Shown: piece after piece, positions 30,760 through 40,504 of the stretch
How positions within the stretch are numbered: the first letter of the stretch is position 1
How the letters are laid out: every line of letters starts with the position of its first letter
From: Chloroflexota bacterium
Lineage (GTDB): Bacteria > Chloroflexota > Anaerolineae > UBA1429
NCBI GenBank assembly: GCA_036803245.1
Contig: DAIRUQ010000002.1
Span: forward strand, 10,723 to 74,722
DNA: 64,000 nucleotides
Direction: 5' to 3'
Program-made: the position numbers and the translations under genes
The notes under the pieces: model-generated
Told to the model about the DNA's origin: nothing
Databases searched by the model: none
What the model saw: the letters and a program-made list of their open reading frames with translations, nothing else

Positions 30760-32190
30760 CTAGTAGGCGCCGGTCCCCTTGATGACTGTAGGCACGGTCC
30801 TCAGCAAGATACGCAGATCCAGCGTCGGCGACCAGTTCTCGATATAGTAGATATCCAGCAACACCATCTCGTCAAACGTAAGCTCGCTGCGCCCGCTCAC
30901 CTGCCACAGCCCGGTCATGCCCGGTAGCGCGTCTAGGCGGCGGCGGTGCCAGGGAGCATACGCATCGACCTCGCTCTCGAGGGCCGGACGTGGTCCCACC
31001 AGGCTCATCTCACCCACCAGCACGTTCCAAAGCTGCGGCAATTCGTCCATGCTGGTGCGGCGGATCCATCGACCCACGCGGGTACAGCGGGGGTCATCGC
31101 GCAGCTTGAACAGCGGGCCATCGGCCTGGTTCTGGCCACGCAACGTTGTCACTTGCCTGTCGGCGCCATCGCGCATGGATCGGAACTTGAGCAGGGTGAA
31201 CACTCTTCCACCCCGACCGACTCGCCGCTGCTGGTAGATTACGGGGCCGGGCGAATCCAGCCGGATCGCCAGGGCGATCAGAGCCCACAAGGGCGACAAC
31301 ACGACGATGGCCAGGCCGGCGATGCCCACATCCAGAGCCCGCTTGAGCGCAAACTGCCACGCGCGCAACGACGGCTCACGCAAGCTGAGGACCGGAATGC
31401 CGCCCAGATCGTCCACAGCCACGCGCGCCATCGAGATCTGAAAGACATCGGGTACCACCTGGACAGGCACCCGGTAAGCGCGGCACACCTCGACGATCTG
31501 CTGGATCTTGCCGTGCTGCTCCCAAGGCAGCGTGACGATCACCGCGTCGATGCGTGCGTCCGCGAGCACGGCCCGGAGGCGGTCGATCCCACCCAAGGCG
31601 GCAAAGCGCCCGATATCGCTTACGGCCTGATCGGGATCGTCATCAAGGAACCCCATGATCTGATAGCCCAGGTCCGGCCGCGCATAGAGGGTGCGCATCA
31701 CCGAACGCCCCACCTCATCGGCGCCCACCACCAACACGGACGCCACGCCCACGCCTCGCTTGCGCATCCGTGACAAGACGTACTGCTCCGCGAGCCGAGC
31801 GGTTCCCAGGAACAAGACGCAGGTGACGCCGGTGTACCCAAAGATCAGGCGCGAATAGTAGCTGGGCGTCGAGAAAAAGATCACGATAGTCATCGCGGCG
31901 ATCCCCAACAGGACTCCGCGGAATACGATGATCATCTCCTCCACTAGACGTCGTCCACGCTGCGCCCGGTAGGCCCCCTCCACCGCCAAAAAGAGAGCCA
32001 CCAACGCGACCAACCCGACCATGGAAGGCAGATAGCGGCTCAGCGGCACGAAAAAGAGCGGTTCGACCTCGCGCCACCACTGCCAACGGTAGCGGACCAC
32101 ATAGGCCAGCATAAATGCGAGCGCCACAAGCATGGCGTCAACCAGCAGCTTGGCTAGTGACCATACGCGTCCTAAAGTTCCCCGGCTCAT
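30760..32190 (-). CDS. Polyprenyl-phosphate sugar phosphotransferase (bacterial sugar transferase, WbaP/EpsL-like)
   Basis: 476 aa. N-terminal TM helices and a C-terminal bac_transf domain (KRALDVGIAGLAIVVLSPLWALIALAIRLDSPGPVIYQQRRVGRGGRVFTLLKFRSM). Confidence 0.85.
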   Translation of the reverse strand: MSRGTLGRVWSLAKLLVDAMLVALAFMLAYVVRYRWQWWREVEPLFFVPLSRYLPSMVGLVALVALFLAVEGAYRAQRGRRLVEEMIIVFRGVLLGIAAMTIVIFFSTPSYYSRLIFGYTGVTCVLFLGTARLAEQYVLSRMRKRGVGVASVLVVGADEVGRSVMRTLYARPDLGYQIMGFLDDDPDQAVSDIGRFAALGGIDRLRAVLADARIDAVIVTLPWEQHGKIQQIVEVCRAYRVPVQVVPDVFQISMARVAVDDLGGIPVLSLREPSLRAWQFALKRALDVGIAGLAIVVLSPLWALIALAIRLDSPGPVIYQQRRVGRGGRVFTLLKFRSMRDGADRQVTTLRGQNQADGPLFKLRDDPRCTRVGRWIRRTSMDELPQLWNVLVGEMSLVGPRPALESEVDAYAPWHRRRLDALPGMTGLWQVSGRSELTFDEMVLLDIYYIENWSPTLDLRILLRTVPTVIKGTGAY

Positions 32191-33341
32191 GACGCGACCT
32201 CGTCATAGAGGGCGGCCGTCCGGCGCGCCGTGTTCTCCCAGGAAAAGAGGGCCGCCCGCTCGAGTCCCGCCAACGCCAGTAACCTACGGCGTTCTTGGTC
32301 TCCCAGCAGCGCCACCATCTCGGCCGCGATCTGCTCCGGTTCGCGCGGGTTCACGGTGACCCCGGCGCTGCCCACAACCTCTGGCACGGCCGAGACATTG
32401 GATACCAGCACCGGCACCCCACAGGCCATCGCCTCCAGGGGCGGAAGACCAAAGCCCTCGTACAAGGAGGGGTAAACAAACAGAGCGGCGCCGCCATAGA
32501 GTGCGGCCAGGTCGTCGCCCGGGATATAGCCGGGCAGCAGGACGTGCTCGGCCACGCCCGACTCCTGGATGGCTGCATAGATCGGGTCATCGTACCAGCC
32601 CTTGCCACCGGCCAGCACCAGCGTGTGCTCAATCCCCGAGCGACGTGCCCGGGCATAGGCTTGGATCAGCACCGGCAGGTTCTTGCGCGGCTCCAGCGTC
32701 CCCAGGTAGAGGACATAGTTCTCCGGCAAACCAAGACGCGCCCTCAGAGAAGCCACGTGCTCCGTCGTGGGCGGCCTCAGGTCGGGGTTCACCCCGTTAG
32801 GGATCACGCGCACGCGGTCGGGCGGCAGCTTGAGGATCTCGACAGCATCGCGGGCCGTGCTCGCCGACACCGCGATGACGGCCGCCGCGCGACGCGTCGT
32901 CTCTCGGGTGATCCGCTGCAGATAGGCCCGCCGCGCCGGAGGAAAGAGGTGCGGGAACAGGTAGAAACTCAGGTCGTGCAAGGTGACGATCTGCGGGGTA
33001 CGACCGATCAGAGGGCCAGCATACACAGGCGAGTGCAGTAGGTCGAGCCGTTCTCGGCGCGCCTGGCGGGGCAGGCTTAACTGCTCCCACAGGATGCGCG
33101 CCATGGCTCCACCGGACGGCCGGCGAGCCGAGTGGACGCTCCAACCAGGGTAGTCGCGCGCTGCCTCACCGCCGAACGCACTCAAGCACAAGTGCGGCGC
33201 GATGCGCGGCAACGTCGCCATCAGCCAATGGATGTACTGGCTCACCCCGGCGTTGCGATATCCGCTCTCTGATGACAAGAGCTGCGCGTTGAACCCAACA
33301 TGCAGCCGCTTGTTTGGCGTCAGACCAGCATCATTGCTCAT
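32187..33341 (-). CDS. Family 4 (GT-B) glycosyltransferase
   Basis: C-terminal EGFGLPPLEAMACGVPVLVSNVSAVPEVV is the GT4 E-x7-E region. Overlaps the downstream gene by 4 nt. Confidence 0.85.
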   Translation of the reverse strand: MSNDAGLTPNKRLHVGFNAQLLSSESGYRNAGVSQYIHWLMATLPRIAPHLCLSAFGGEAARDYPGWSVHSARRPSGGAMARILWEQLSLPRQARRERLDLLHSPVYAGPLIGRTPQIVTLHDLSFYLFPHLFPPARRAYLQRITRETTRRAAAVIAVSASTARDAVEILKLPPDRVRVIPNGVNPDLRPPTTEHVASLRARLGLPENYVLYLGTLEPRKNLPVLIQAYARARRSGIEHTLVLAGGKGWYDDPIYAAIQESGVAEHVLLPGYIPGDDLAALYGGAALFVYPSLYEGFGLPPLEAMACGVPVLVSNVSAVPEVVGSAGVTVNPREPEQIAAEMVALLGDQERRRLLALAGLERAALFSWENTARRTAALYDEVAS

Positions 33342-33383
33342 ATCGTTCGCATTATACCATCAGCTCGGCGGCTCCCAAACAGC

Positions 33384-34508
33384 CTAGCCGCGCGACTCGT
33401 GCTCATCGGCACCCAGAACGCGCCGATACACCGCCACCGTCTCGGCAGCGATGCGAGCTTGGGTGTAGTGATCCAATACGCGCTGGCGCCCTCTCGAGCC
33501 CAGAGAGCGCTGCAGCTCGGGCTCATCCACCAGCCGCTGTAGTGCGTCTCTCAGGGCCATGGCGTCGCCCTCGCGCACCACCAGGCCAGCATCGCCAATC
33601 ACTTGCGGGATCTCGCCGGAATCCGAGCCCACCACCGCCACCTCGCAGGCCATCGCCTCCACCAGGACCCGACCAAACTGCTCCGCCCAGTTGGCCTGCG
33701 TCAGCGATGGCAGGGCTAGGATGTCCAGCTCTGCTAGCCGCTGAGGCATCTCCCCAGAACCGGCCTGCCCACAAAACACAACCCGCTGCGCCAGCCTGCT
33801 CCGCGCCACACGATCACGCAGCGCGCCTTCCAGCGGCCCCTGGCCGATCAGGCGTAGCTCCCAATCGCCGGCCAGCTGCTCCAGCGCCTCGATCAGCAGC
33901 CAGAGGCCCTTTTCGGGCACCAGGCGGCCGGCATAGCCGATGACCACCCTAGAAGACGGCGGTCGACCACCTGACGGCCGAAACAGCCCGGGATCGACGC
34001 CAAACTGAGGGATGACGGTCGCGGGGCCAGCATAGCCCTTGGCCCGCAGCACGTCCACGGCCGCCGCGTTGCCAGCGATCGCGGCATCGACGCCACCATA
34101 GACCGAGCGCTCCATCGCCCCAAAGGGCCAGGGATAGCGCCGCAACAGATTCTGCCACGTGAAAAAGAGACAGCGAGCTCCCTCGGCGCGGCATGCCCGC
34201 ACCGCCAAATAGGTGGCCAGGTTGTAGGGCTCCTCGTCAATGTGGACCAGGTCTGGCCCTAGTCGGCGCAGCTCGCGACGCAACGTGGGGTAAAAGTGGG
34301 CGTGGAACGAGCCGTTCAGGAAGATGGGCAGCTCACGCAGATCGTATCCCTGCAGGTGGGCCCGCTCCAGGACGGCTTGGCGCCGACCCTCTCGCCACAG
34401 CGGGGGCACCAGGGCCGTCAGCGCCACGTCGTCATAGGCCGCTATCGCCTCCAGCTTGGTCTGGTAGCTACCCACCACCAATGCCTTGGAGAGCATTACG
34501 ACCCGCAC
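33384..34508 (-). CDS. Family 4 (GT-B) glycosyltransferase
   Basis: FGRVLVEAMACEVAVVGSDSGEIPQVIGD GT4 motif. Start is uncertain: GTG at 34508 (preceded by GAGAGGGGG) or ATG at 34496. The ORF-track ATG at 34535 is less likely. Confidence 0.8.
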   Translation of the reverse strand: MRVVMLSKALVVGSYQTKLEAIAAYDDVALTALVPPLWREGRRQAVLERAHLQGYDLRELPIFLNGSFHAHFYPTLRRELRRLGPDLVHIDEEPYNLATYLAVRACRAEGARCLFFTWQNLLRRYPWPFGAMERSVYGGVDAAIAGNAAAVDVLRAKGYAGPATVIPQFGVDPGLFRPSGGRPPSSRVVIGYAGRLVPEKGLWLLIEALEQLAGDWELRLIGQGPLEGALRDRVARSRLAQRVVFCGQAGSGEMPQRLAELDILALPSLTQANWAEQFGRVLVEAMACEVAVVGSDSGEIPQVIGDAGLVVREGDAMALRDALQRLVDEPELQRSLGSRGRQRVLDHYTQARIAAETVAVYRRVLGADEHESRG

Positions 34509-34582
34509 GCCAGCCCCCTCTCGCCGCGCCCACATCGTCGCGCTTTGACACAGCCAGGCCGCTGCGATAGCATCAGCCCACT

Positions 34583-34664
34583 GGGGCGGTGGCGGAATGG
34601 CAGACGCTGCGGACTTAAAATCCGCTGGATTACATCCATGAGGGTTCGAATCCCTCCCGCCCTA
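34583..34664 (+). tRNA. tRNA-Leu, anticodon UAA, type II with long variable arm; 3' CCA not encoded
   Basis: Cloverleaf folded by hand. Acceptor GGGGCGG/CCGCCCU with discriminator A. Anticodon stem GCGGA/UCCGC with loop CUUAAAA. Variable stem-loop GGAUuacAUCC. T-arm GAGGGUUCGAAUCCCUC. Confidence 0.85.
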
Positions 34665-34867
34665 CTCTTCGCGCGGCGATCACCACGGCCCTAGCAACTC
34701 TGCCTATCATAGCCTGGTGCCCCCGTCTTGCCAACGCCCCGCCTCTCGACCTGGTTCTGCCGTGGCGCGCCAGACTTGCGCGCTCTGCCTTTTGGTGCCA
34801 TGATCTGCCGAGTGCGCGTCGAGCCGCCGACCGAGGCACCGCCAACAGATCAGGGAGACCCCGATTC

Positions 34868-35848
34868 ATGCTCAAGATCGCCGAAGTGCTGCCCCCGTAC
34901 CCAACCCCCTTGTGGCGGCTGGCCCGCCAGTGCGGCCTCACCCACGTGGTGGGCGGCATGGATTTTCGGCGGGGGCTGGATGTCGACGCCGAGGCCCTGC
35001 CCTGGAGCTATACCTCGCTGCTCCACGTCAAGACGCAGTACGAGGACGCCGGGTTCCGCCTCGAGGTGCTCGAGAGCCGTCCGCCCATGCACAAGGCCAA
35101 ACTGGGCTTGCCGGGCCGCGATGAGGAGATCGAGGCGGTGCGGACCCTGATCCGCAACATGGGCGCCTTGGGCATTCCGGTCTGGTGCTATGAATGGATG
35201 CCCGTCTTTAACTGGCTGCGAACCTCGCTGGCACTCCCCACGCGAGGCGGCGCCCTGACCACTGCCTATGACCACAGGCTGATGCAGAACGCACCGCTGA
35301 CAGAGTACGGCCAAGTGACCGAAGAGTCGCTCTGGGAGAACCTGGGATACTTTCTGGATGCCGTCATCCCGGTAGCTGAGGAGGCCGGCGTCAAGTTGGC
35401 CATGCATCCCGATGATCCGCCGCTATCGCCCATTCGCGGCCTCGGACGGATCATGCGCAGCATCGACAACTACCAACGGCTAGTCGATCGCTGGCCTAGT
35501 CCCGTCAATGGCATCGCCCTCTGCCAAGGCAACTTTGCCCTCATGACCGACGATCTCCCCGCCGTGATCCGCCGTTTCGGGTCTCAAGATCGCATCTTTT
35601 TCGTCCATCTCCGCGATGTGCGCGGCACCGCCGAATGCTTTGTGGAGACGTTTCACGACGACGGACAGACCGACCTGCTGGCCTGCCTGCGCGCCTACCG
35701 CGACGTCGGCTACGAGGGCGTGCTGCGCCCCGATCACGTGCCCACCATGGAGGGCGATAGCCACAACGACCCCGCCTATTCGACGGTGGGAAGGCTCTTT
35801 GCCGTAGGCTACATCAAGGGCCTTTGCCAAGCCGTCTATGCCGACTAG
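34868..35848 (+). CDS. uxuA: Mannonate dehydratase (UxuA family)
   Basis: 326 aa. Xylose-isomerase-like TIM-barrel dehydratase with HPDDPP and RPDHVP motifs, as recalled for the UxuA family. Confidence 0.65.
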   Translation: MLKIAEVLPPYPTPLWRLARQCGLTHVVGGMDFRRGLDVDAEALPWSYTSLLHVKTQYEDAGFRLEVLESRPPMHKAKLGLPGRDEEIEAVRTLIRNMGALGIPVWCYEWMPVFNWLRTSLALPTRGGALTTAYDHRLMQNAPLTEYGQVTEESLWENLGYFLDAVIPVAEEAGVKLAMHPDDPPLSPIRGLGRIMRSIDNYQRLVDRWPSPVNGIALCQGNFALMTDDLPAVIRRFGSQDRIFFVHLRDVRGTAECFVETFHDDGQTDLLACLRAYRDVGYEGVLRPDHVPTMEGDSHNDPAYSTVGRLFAVGYIKGLCQAVYAD

Positions 35849-35897
35849 GCCAGGCCACGACAACTAGAACGCGTCTCATCAAGCGGAGCACTTCTGT

Positions 35898-37271
35898 ATG
35901 ACCAACCGACCCTTTGAGTCTACCCTGGCCCATGTGAACACCTTTTCGCGCCCATCGCAGCTCTGTATCACAGACATGCGCCTAACCGACATCGTCGGCG
36001 CACCCATGCACTGCATCCTGCTCAAGATCGAGACCAACCAAGGCCTGACCGGCTTTGGCGAGGTCCGTGACGGCGCCGACCGCCTTTATGCCGAGATGCT
36101 CAAGAGCCGCCTTCTGGGTGAGAACCCCTGCGATGTGGATCGGCTCTTTCGCCGCATCAAGCAGTTCGGCGGGCACGGTCGGCAGGGCGGAGGCGTCAGC
36201 GGCGTCGAGGTAGCCTTGTGGGATCTGGCCGGCAAGGCATACGGCGTGCCCGTCTACCAGATGCTTGGCGGCAAGTTCCGCGACCGCGTGCGCCTCTACT
36301 GTGATACCGATGCCCGCGGTGACCGCTCAGCTCGCGCCATGGGAGAGGCCATCACTGAGCGCGTAGAACGCGGTTTCACCTTTGCCAAGATGGATGTCGG
36401 CACCAGCCTGGTTGCACGAGAACCAGGCGCCCTCAGCGCGCCGTTAGGCCACCTGGAGGAGCTGCGCCAGGCCGCAGCCGCTACCCGGCATGCCGCAGGC
36501 ATCACGCCTGAGGACACGCGCACGGCCCGCAACCGCTGGTATGACCTCAACAACGTGCCCCATCCGTTCTGCAGCGTCCATCTCACTGAAAAGGGGCTGG
36601 ACCTGCTGGAGCAGTACGTGGCCGAGGTCCGTGCTGCGGTAGGCTACGAGTTGCCCTTGGCGGTGGATCATCTGGGCCACATCGCCATCGAAGACTGCAT
36701 TCGACTGGCGCACCGACTGGAAAAGTACAACCTCGCCTGGATGGAGGATCCCGTCCCCTGGCAGTACACGGCCCAATATCAGCGCTTGACGCAAACGAGC
36801 ACCGTGCCCATCTGCACGGGCGAGGACATCTACCTCAAGGACGCCTTCCGACCCCTGCTGGAGGGCCAGGCTGTGGCGGTCATCCATCCCGACGTGCTCA
36901 CCGTGGGCGGCATTCTGGAGACGAAAAAGGTCGGCGACCTGGCCGAGGAGCATGGCATCGCCATGGCGATTCACATGGCCGAGAGCCCCATCGGCTGCAT
37001 GGCGGCGGTGCACGCCGCAGCCGCCACGGCCAACCTCCTGGCCGTCGAGTTCCATTCGGCCGACTGCCCTTGGTGGGAGGATCTGGTCACCGGTCTGCCC
37101 GCGCCGTTGATCCAGGCCGGACATATCACCCTACCCGATGAGCCGGGCTTGGGCATCGAGTCCCTGAACGATGATGTCATCGCCGAGCATCTCGATCCCG
37201 CCATGCCCGAGCTGTGGGCCAGCACCGAGCAGTGGGATCACCGCTGGTCGCATGATAGACTGTGGAGCTAG
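35898..37271 (+). CDS. Enolase-superfamily enzyme (mandelate racemase/muconate lactonizing enzyme; possibly ManD/GalD-type acid-sugar dehydratase) with a roughly 60-aa insertion
   Basis: N-terminal capping domain. KIETNQGLTGFGE...VEVALWDLAGKAYGVPVYQMLGG is typical of MR/MLE members. 457 aa, longer than the usual about 400. Confidence 0.75.
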   Translation: MTNRPFESTLAHVNTFSRPSQLCITDMRLTDIVGAPMHCILLKIETNQGLTGFGEVRDGADRLYAEMLKSRLLGENPCDVDRLFRRIKQFGGHGRQGGGVSGVEVALWDLAGKAYGVPVYQMLGGKFRDRVRLYCDTDARGDRSARAMGEAITERVERGFTFAKMDVGTSLVAREPGALSAPLGHLEELRQAAAATRHAAGITPEDTRTARNRWYDLNNVPHPFCSVHLTEKGLDLLEQYVAEVRAAVGYELPLAVDHLGHIAIEDCIRLAHRLEKYNLAWMEDPVPWQYTAQYQRLTQTSTVPICTGEDIYLKDAFRPLLEGQAVAVIHPDVLTVGGILETKKVGDLAEEHGIAMAIHMAESPIGCMAAVHAAAATANLLAVEFHSADCPWWEDLVTGLPAPLIQAGHITLPDEPGLGIESLNDDVIAEHLDPAMPELWASTEQWDHRWSHDRLWS

Positions 37272-37316
37272 GAAAGTAGCATCCGGATCCGCGATCCCCA
37301 TAGGAGGCCAAGCGCC

Positions 37317-38165
37317 ATGAAGTTCAGTTGCCGAGAGGATATCATCCAGCTAACGCCTTTGTGGACGGGCGAGCGTTTTGACGACGGCAGGCCCCGCGTC
37401 CCTGATGACATTGTCGAGCGGATGGTCTATGTCACCACCGAAGAGGCCTGGGGCGTGCTCTGGCGGCACGGGTTCCAGTACCAGTTCGAGGGCAACTGGC
37501 TCAACCTCCACCCCGACCAGGTGCTGGTGGGCCGCGCGGTGACGGGCGTCTTTGTGCCCAAGCGACCCGACCTCCACGATGGCCTGATGAAGTACGGCCA
37601 CGAGCAAGAGGGCCGCGTGGGAGAGATGAATTCCTGGGTGATCCAGACCCTGGTCAAGGACGATGTCATCGTCATCGACCTGTTCGGCAAGATCCGCAGC
37701 GGCACTTTTTCGGGAGGCAACCTCTCTACGGCCATCGCTGCCCGCACCCAGCGAGGACAGGTGATCTATGGCGGGATCCGCGACGCCCAACAGATCCTCC
37801 AGATCCCTGATTTCTGCACGTTCTGCCGCGGCATCGATCCCACCGGCATCGACGACGTGACGTTGGTAGGCATGAACGTGCCCTGTCGCATCGGCAACGC
37901 CACCTGCCTGCCCGGCGACATTGTCCTGGGCACCTACTCGGGCATTCTGTTCATCCCGCCCCATCTGGCCCAAGAGGTAGTCGAGCACTCGGAGACGATG
38001 CGCCTGCGTGAGGCCTTTGGCTTTACCCGGCTGCGCGAGGGAGTCTATACCTCCAGCCAGATGGATACTGCCTGGACCGACGAGATCGAGGCGGACTATG
38101 CCGGCTGGCTGGCCCAACGCACCGACGAGGAAAAGGCGCGCATCCTTTGGGAGGAGCGCAGCTAG
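37317..38165 (+). CDS. RraA-family protein (4-hydroxy-4-methyl-2-oxoglutarate aldolase / oxaloacetate decarboxylase-like)
   Basis: Core resembles RraA/MenG-like proteins (GDVIVID...GGNLSTAIAARTQRGQVIYGGIRD). 282 aa with an N-terminal extension. Confidence 0.55.
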   Translation: MKFSCREDIIQLTPLWTGERFDDGRPRVPDDIVERMVYVTTEEAWGVLWRHGFQYQFEGNWLNLHPDQVLVGRAVTGVFVPKRPDLHDGLMKYGHEQEGRVGEMNSWVIQTLVKDDVIVIDLFGKIRSGTFSGGNLSTAIAARTQRGQVIYGGIRDAQQILQIPDFCTFCRGIDPTGIDDVTLVGMNVPCRIGNATCLPGDIVLGTYSGILFIPPHLAQEVVEHSETMRLREAFGFTRLREGVYTSSQMDTAWTDEIEADYAGWLAQRTDEEKARILWEERS

Positions 38166-38276
38166 TAGAATCGAACAAGCCCACGAGGGGCGAGACCGCC
38201 CATGCGGCAGACCCAAGGGCGAGTTGGTTGATCGCATCGGTTCCTTTCGCTGATGGCACTTTGGTTAGGAGGAAAC

Positions 38277-39068
38277 ATGGCCTTCAGGACACCGGCAGAG
38301 ATCGTGGCTAGCGCAGAGCAGGCGGCTTGTAGCAAGACCGCGCTAAGCGTGCCCAGAGTTCTAGTTCTCGGCTTTCTGGCGGGCGCCTACATCGGTTTTG
38401 GGGGGCTACTGGCCATCGTCGTGGGCCGAGGTAGCCCGGCGCTTCTGGCCGCAAACCCCGGCTTGGCCAAGTTCCTGTTCGCTGCCGTGTTCCCCGTCGG
38501 GATTGTGATGGTTGTGATTGCCGGATCGGAGCTGTTTACCGGCAACTGCAGCGTGATCCTCCCCGGCTGTCTATGCGGGCGAACCTCCTGGGCCTCCATG
38601 CTCCGGAACTGGGTGTTCGCGTATGTGGGCAACCTGCTCGGGTCACTCTTTATGGCGATCTTTATGGCCTACCTGACCGGCATCGTGCGTGGCGGTGGCC
38701 TAGGCGAGGCCACGGCGGGCATCGCCCAAGCCAAAGTGGAACTAGACTTTTGGACGCTACTGCTGCGCGGGATCGGGTGCAACTGGCTGGTGGGCCTAGG
38801 CATCTGGCTCGCCCTGGCGGCCGATGATGTCGCGGGCAAGATCTTGGCGCTCTGGTTCCCCGTCATGGCGTTTGTCGCCATCGGCTTTGAGCACTCGGTA
38901 GCCAACATGTTCTTTATCCCCCTGGGCATGCTGAACGGCGCCGAGGCCAGCATCGGTGATTTCTTACTCCATCTGATCCCCGTCACCCTCGGCAACATCG
39001 TCGGGGGGTCCGTGATGGTCGGCGGCATCTATGGGTGGCTGTACGGCTCCCGACGGGCCAAGTCCTAG
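38277..39068 (+). CDS. Formate/nitrite transporter (FNT) family channel
   Basis: ATG at 38277 with AGGAGG RBS. LAGAYIGFGG, the GSELFTGNC FNT signature and multiple TM helices. Confidence 0.85.
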   Translation: MAFRTPAEIVASAEQAACSKTALSVPRVLVLGFLAGAYIGFGGLLAIVVGRGSPALLAANPGLAKFLFAAVFPVGIVMVVIAGSELFTGNCSVILPGCLCGRTSWASMLRNWVFAYVGNLLGSLFMAIFMAYLTGIVRGGGLGEATAGIAQAKVELDFWTLLLRGIGCNWLVGLGIWLALAADDVAGKILALWFPVMAFVAIGFEHSVANMFFIPLGMLNGAEASIGDFLLHLIPVTLGNIVGGSVMVGGIYGWLYGSRRAKS

Positions 39069-39100
39069 CCAACCCCCGACCGCGACTCTACTTCCTGCTC

Positions 39101-39135
39101 GGGGGCGCATCCGCCCGAGACGCCCCCGAGCAGAA
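39101..39135 (+). terminator. Hairpin after the FNT transporter gene (possible terminator or processing site), splitting the catabolic cluster into two transcription units
   Basis: GCTCGGGGGCG-13nt-CGCCCCCGAGC is an 11-bp inverted repeat with no clear U-tract. A strong promoter follows 110 nt downstream. Confidence 0.3.
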
Positions 39136-39245
39136 CGCGCCCAGCCGTGTCCCGAGGCTCTGTTTCCGCGCCATCATGCCCTGACGGCAGTCCCCGCGCT
39201 CTCGACATCATGGCGCTGGAACCCCTGAGCGCTCACATCCTGCGA

Positions 39246-39275
39246 TTGACACGCCTTGAAGCGGCCCGCTATAAT
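39246..39275 (+). promoter_or_regulatory. Near-consensus sigma-70 promoter (TTGACA-18nt-TATAAT) ahead of the cyclophilin-like/MhpD/TIM/FAD sub-operon
   Basis: Direct read: TTGACAcgccttgaagcggcccgcTATAAT, 30 nt upstream of the GGGAGG RBS of the 39306 gene. Confidence 0.5.
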
Positions 39276-39305
39276 CGTTCCCGCCGTTGCAGACGGGAGG
39301 TTGTT

Positions 39306-39689
39306 ATGCGTACCATTCAGATCACCGCCGGCGACGTGACCGTGATCGCCGAGCTGGACGATTCCAAAACCGCCGACGCCATCTGGCAGGCGCTCCCCAT
39401 CGAGGCCCGCGCCAACACCTGGGGCGACGAGATCTACTTTGGCATCGATGTGCACCTGGACGCCGAGGATCCGCGCGAGGTGGTCGATCTCGGGGACGTC
39501 GGCTACTGGCCGCCGGGGCATGCCTTTTGCCTCTTTTTCGGACGCACGCCCATGAGCCTGGGCAACGAGATCCGCCCGGCGTCGCCTGTGAACGTTTTCG
39601 GCCGCATCCAGGGGGATGCGACGGTTCTGCGCGAGGTCGCTTCGGGGGCCACGGTCAGGATCGAGCCCGCCGATGAATCCGCATCCTGA
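39306..39689 (+). CDS. Cyclophilin-like-fold protein (DUF3830-like), function unknown
   Basis: 127 aa, GGGAGG RBS, resembles small bacterial cyclophilin-like proteins as I recall them. Follows a near-consensus promoter. Confidence 0.5.
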   Translation: MRTIQITAGDVTVIAELDDSKTADAIWQALPIEARANTWGDEIYFGIDVHLDAEDPREVVDLGDVGYWPPGHAFCLFFGRTPMSLGNEIRPASPVNVFGRIQGDATVLREVASGATVRIEPADESAS

Positions 39690-39716
39690 CCGCCAACAGT
39701 AGCATTGGAGAGCATC

Positions 39717-40493
39717 ATGACCCTTGAAAAAGCACGAACCATCCTAAAGCGCGCCGAGGCCGAACGACAGGCCATCGGCCCCGTGTCCGATCTCTTTGAG
39801 GGAGGGCTGACCCTGGATCAGGCGCACGATATCTGCGAGGCCAGCATCGCCGAGCGCATCGCCGCGGGCGACCCGCTACGCGGCTTTAAAGTGGGTTTTA
39901 CCAACATCCCCGTCCGCGACAAGATGGGGCTGCCCGATTCGACCTATGGCTATCTGTTGGAGAGCATGGTGCTGCCTTCGGGTGGCACGCTGGCCATGAG
40001 CGAGCTGATCGCCCCGCGCATCGAGTGCGAGATCTGCTTTCGCCTGGCCAAGCCGCTCTCGGGCAAAGGGCTGTCGATTGAGCAGGTGCTCGACGCCACC
40101 GATGCCGTGGCCGCCGCCTTTGAAATCTGCGATGCGCGCATCCGCGACTGGAAGTGCCCCTATCCGGACTTTTTCGCGGACAATGGCTTTTCGGCGCGGA
40201 TCGTCCTCGAGGGCAGCTGGCATGACGTACGCGACGTGGACCTCTTGGGCGAGTCGGTCGTTCTGAGCCAGGACGGCGTGCAGATCGCCGAGGGGCGTGG
40301 CGAGATGGCCATGGGCCACCCAGCCAACGCCGTCTCCTGGCTGGCTGGCAAGCTGGCCGACCGCGGCAAGGGTCTGGAGGCAGGTCAGCTCGTCATGACG
40401 GGCACGCTGACGCCGATCCTGACCATCGAAGCCGACAGCACCTACGAGGCCGCTTTCTCGACGCTGGGCACCGTCACCAAGGCCTTTGCCTAG
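39717..40493 (+). CDS. 2-keto-4-pentenoate hydratase / 2-oxo-hepta-3-ene-1,7-dioate hydratase family (MhpD/HpcG-like, FAH fold)
   Basis: ATG at 39717 with GGAGAG RBS. LRGFKVGFTNIPVRDKMGL...IAPRIECEICFRL is typical of MhpD-like hydratases/decarboxylases. Confidence 0.75.
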   Translation: MTLEKARTILKRAEAERQAIGPVSDLFEGGLTLDQAHDICEASIAERIAAGDPLRGFKVGFTNIPVRDKMGLPDSTYGYLLESMVLPSGGTLAMSELIAPRIECEICFRLAKPLSGKGLSIEQVLDATDAVAAAFEICDARIRDWKCPYPDFFADNGFSARIVLEGSWHDVRDVDLLGESVVLSQDGVQIAEGRGEMAMGHPANAVSWLAGKLADRGKGLEAGQLVMTGTLTPILTIEADSTYEAAFSTLGTVTKAFA

Positions 40494-40504
40494 GAGCGAG
40501 GCCC

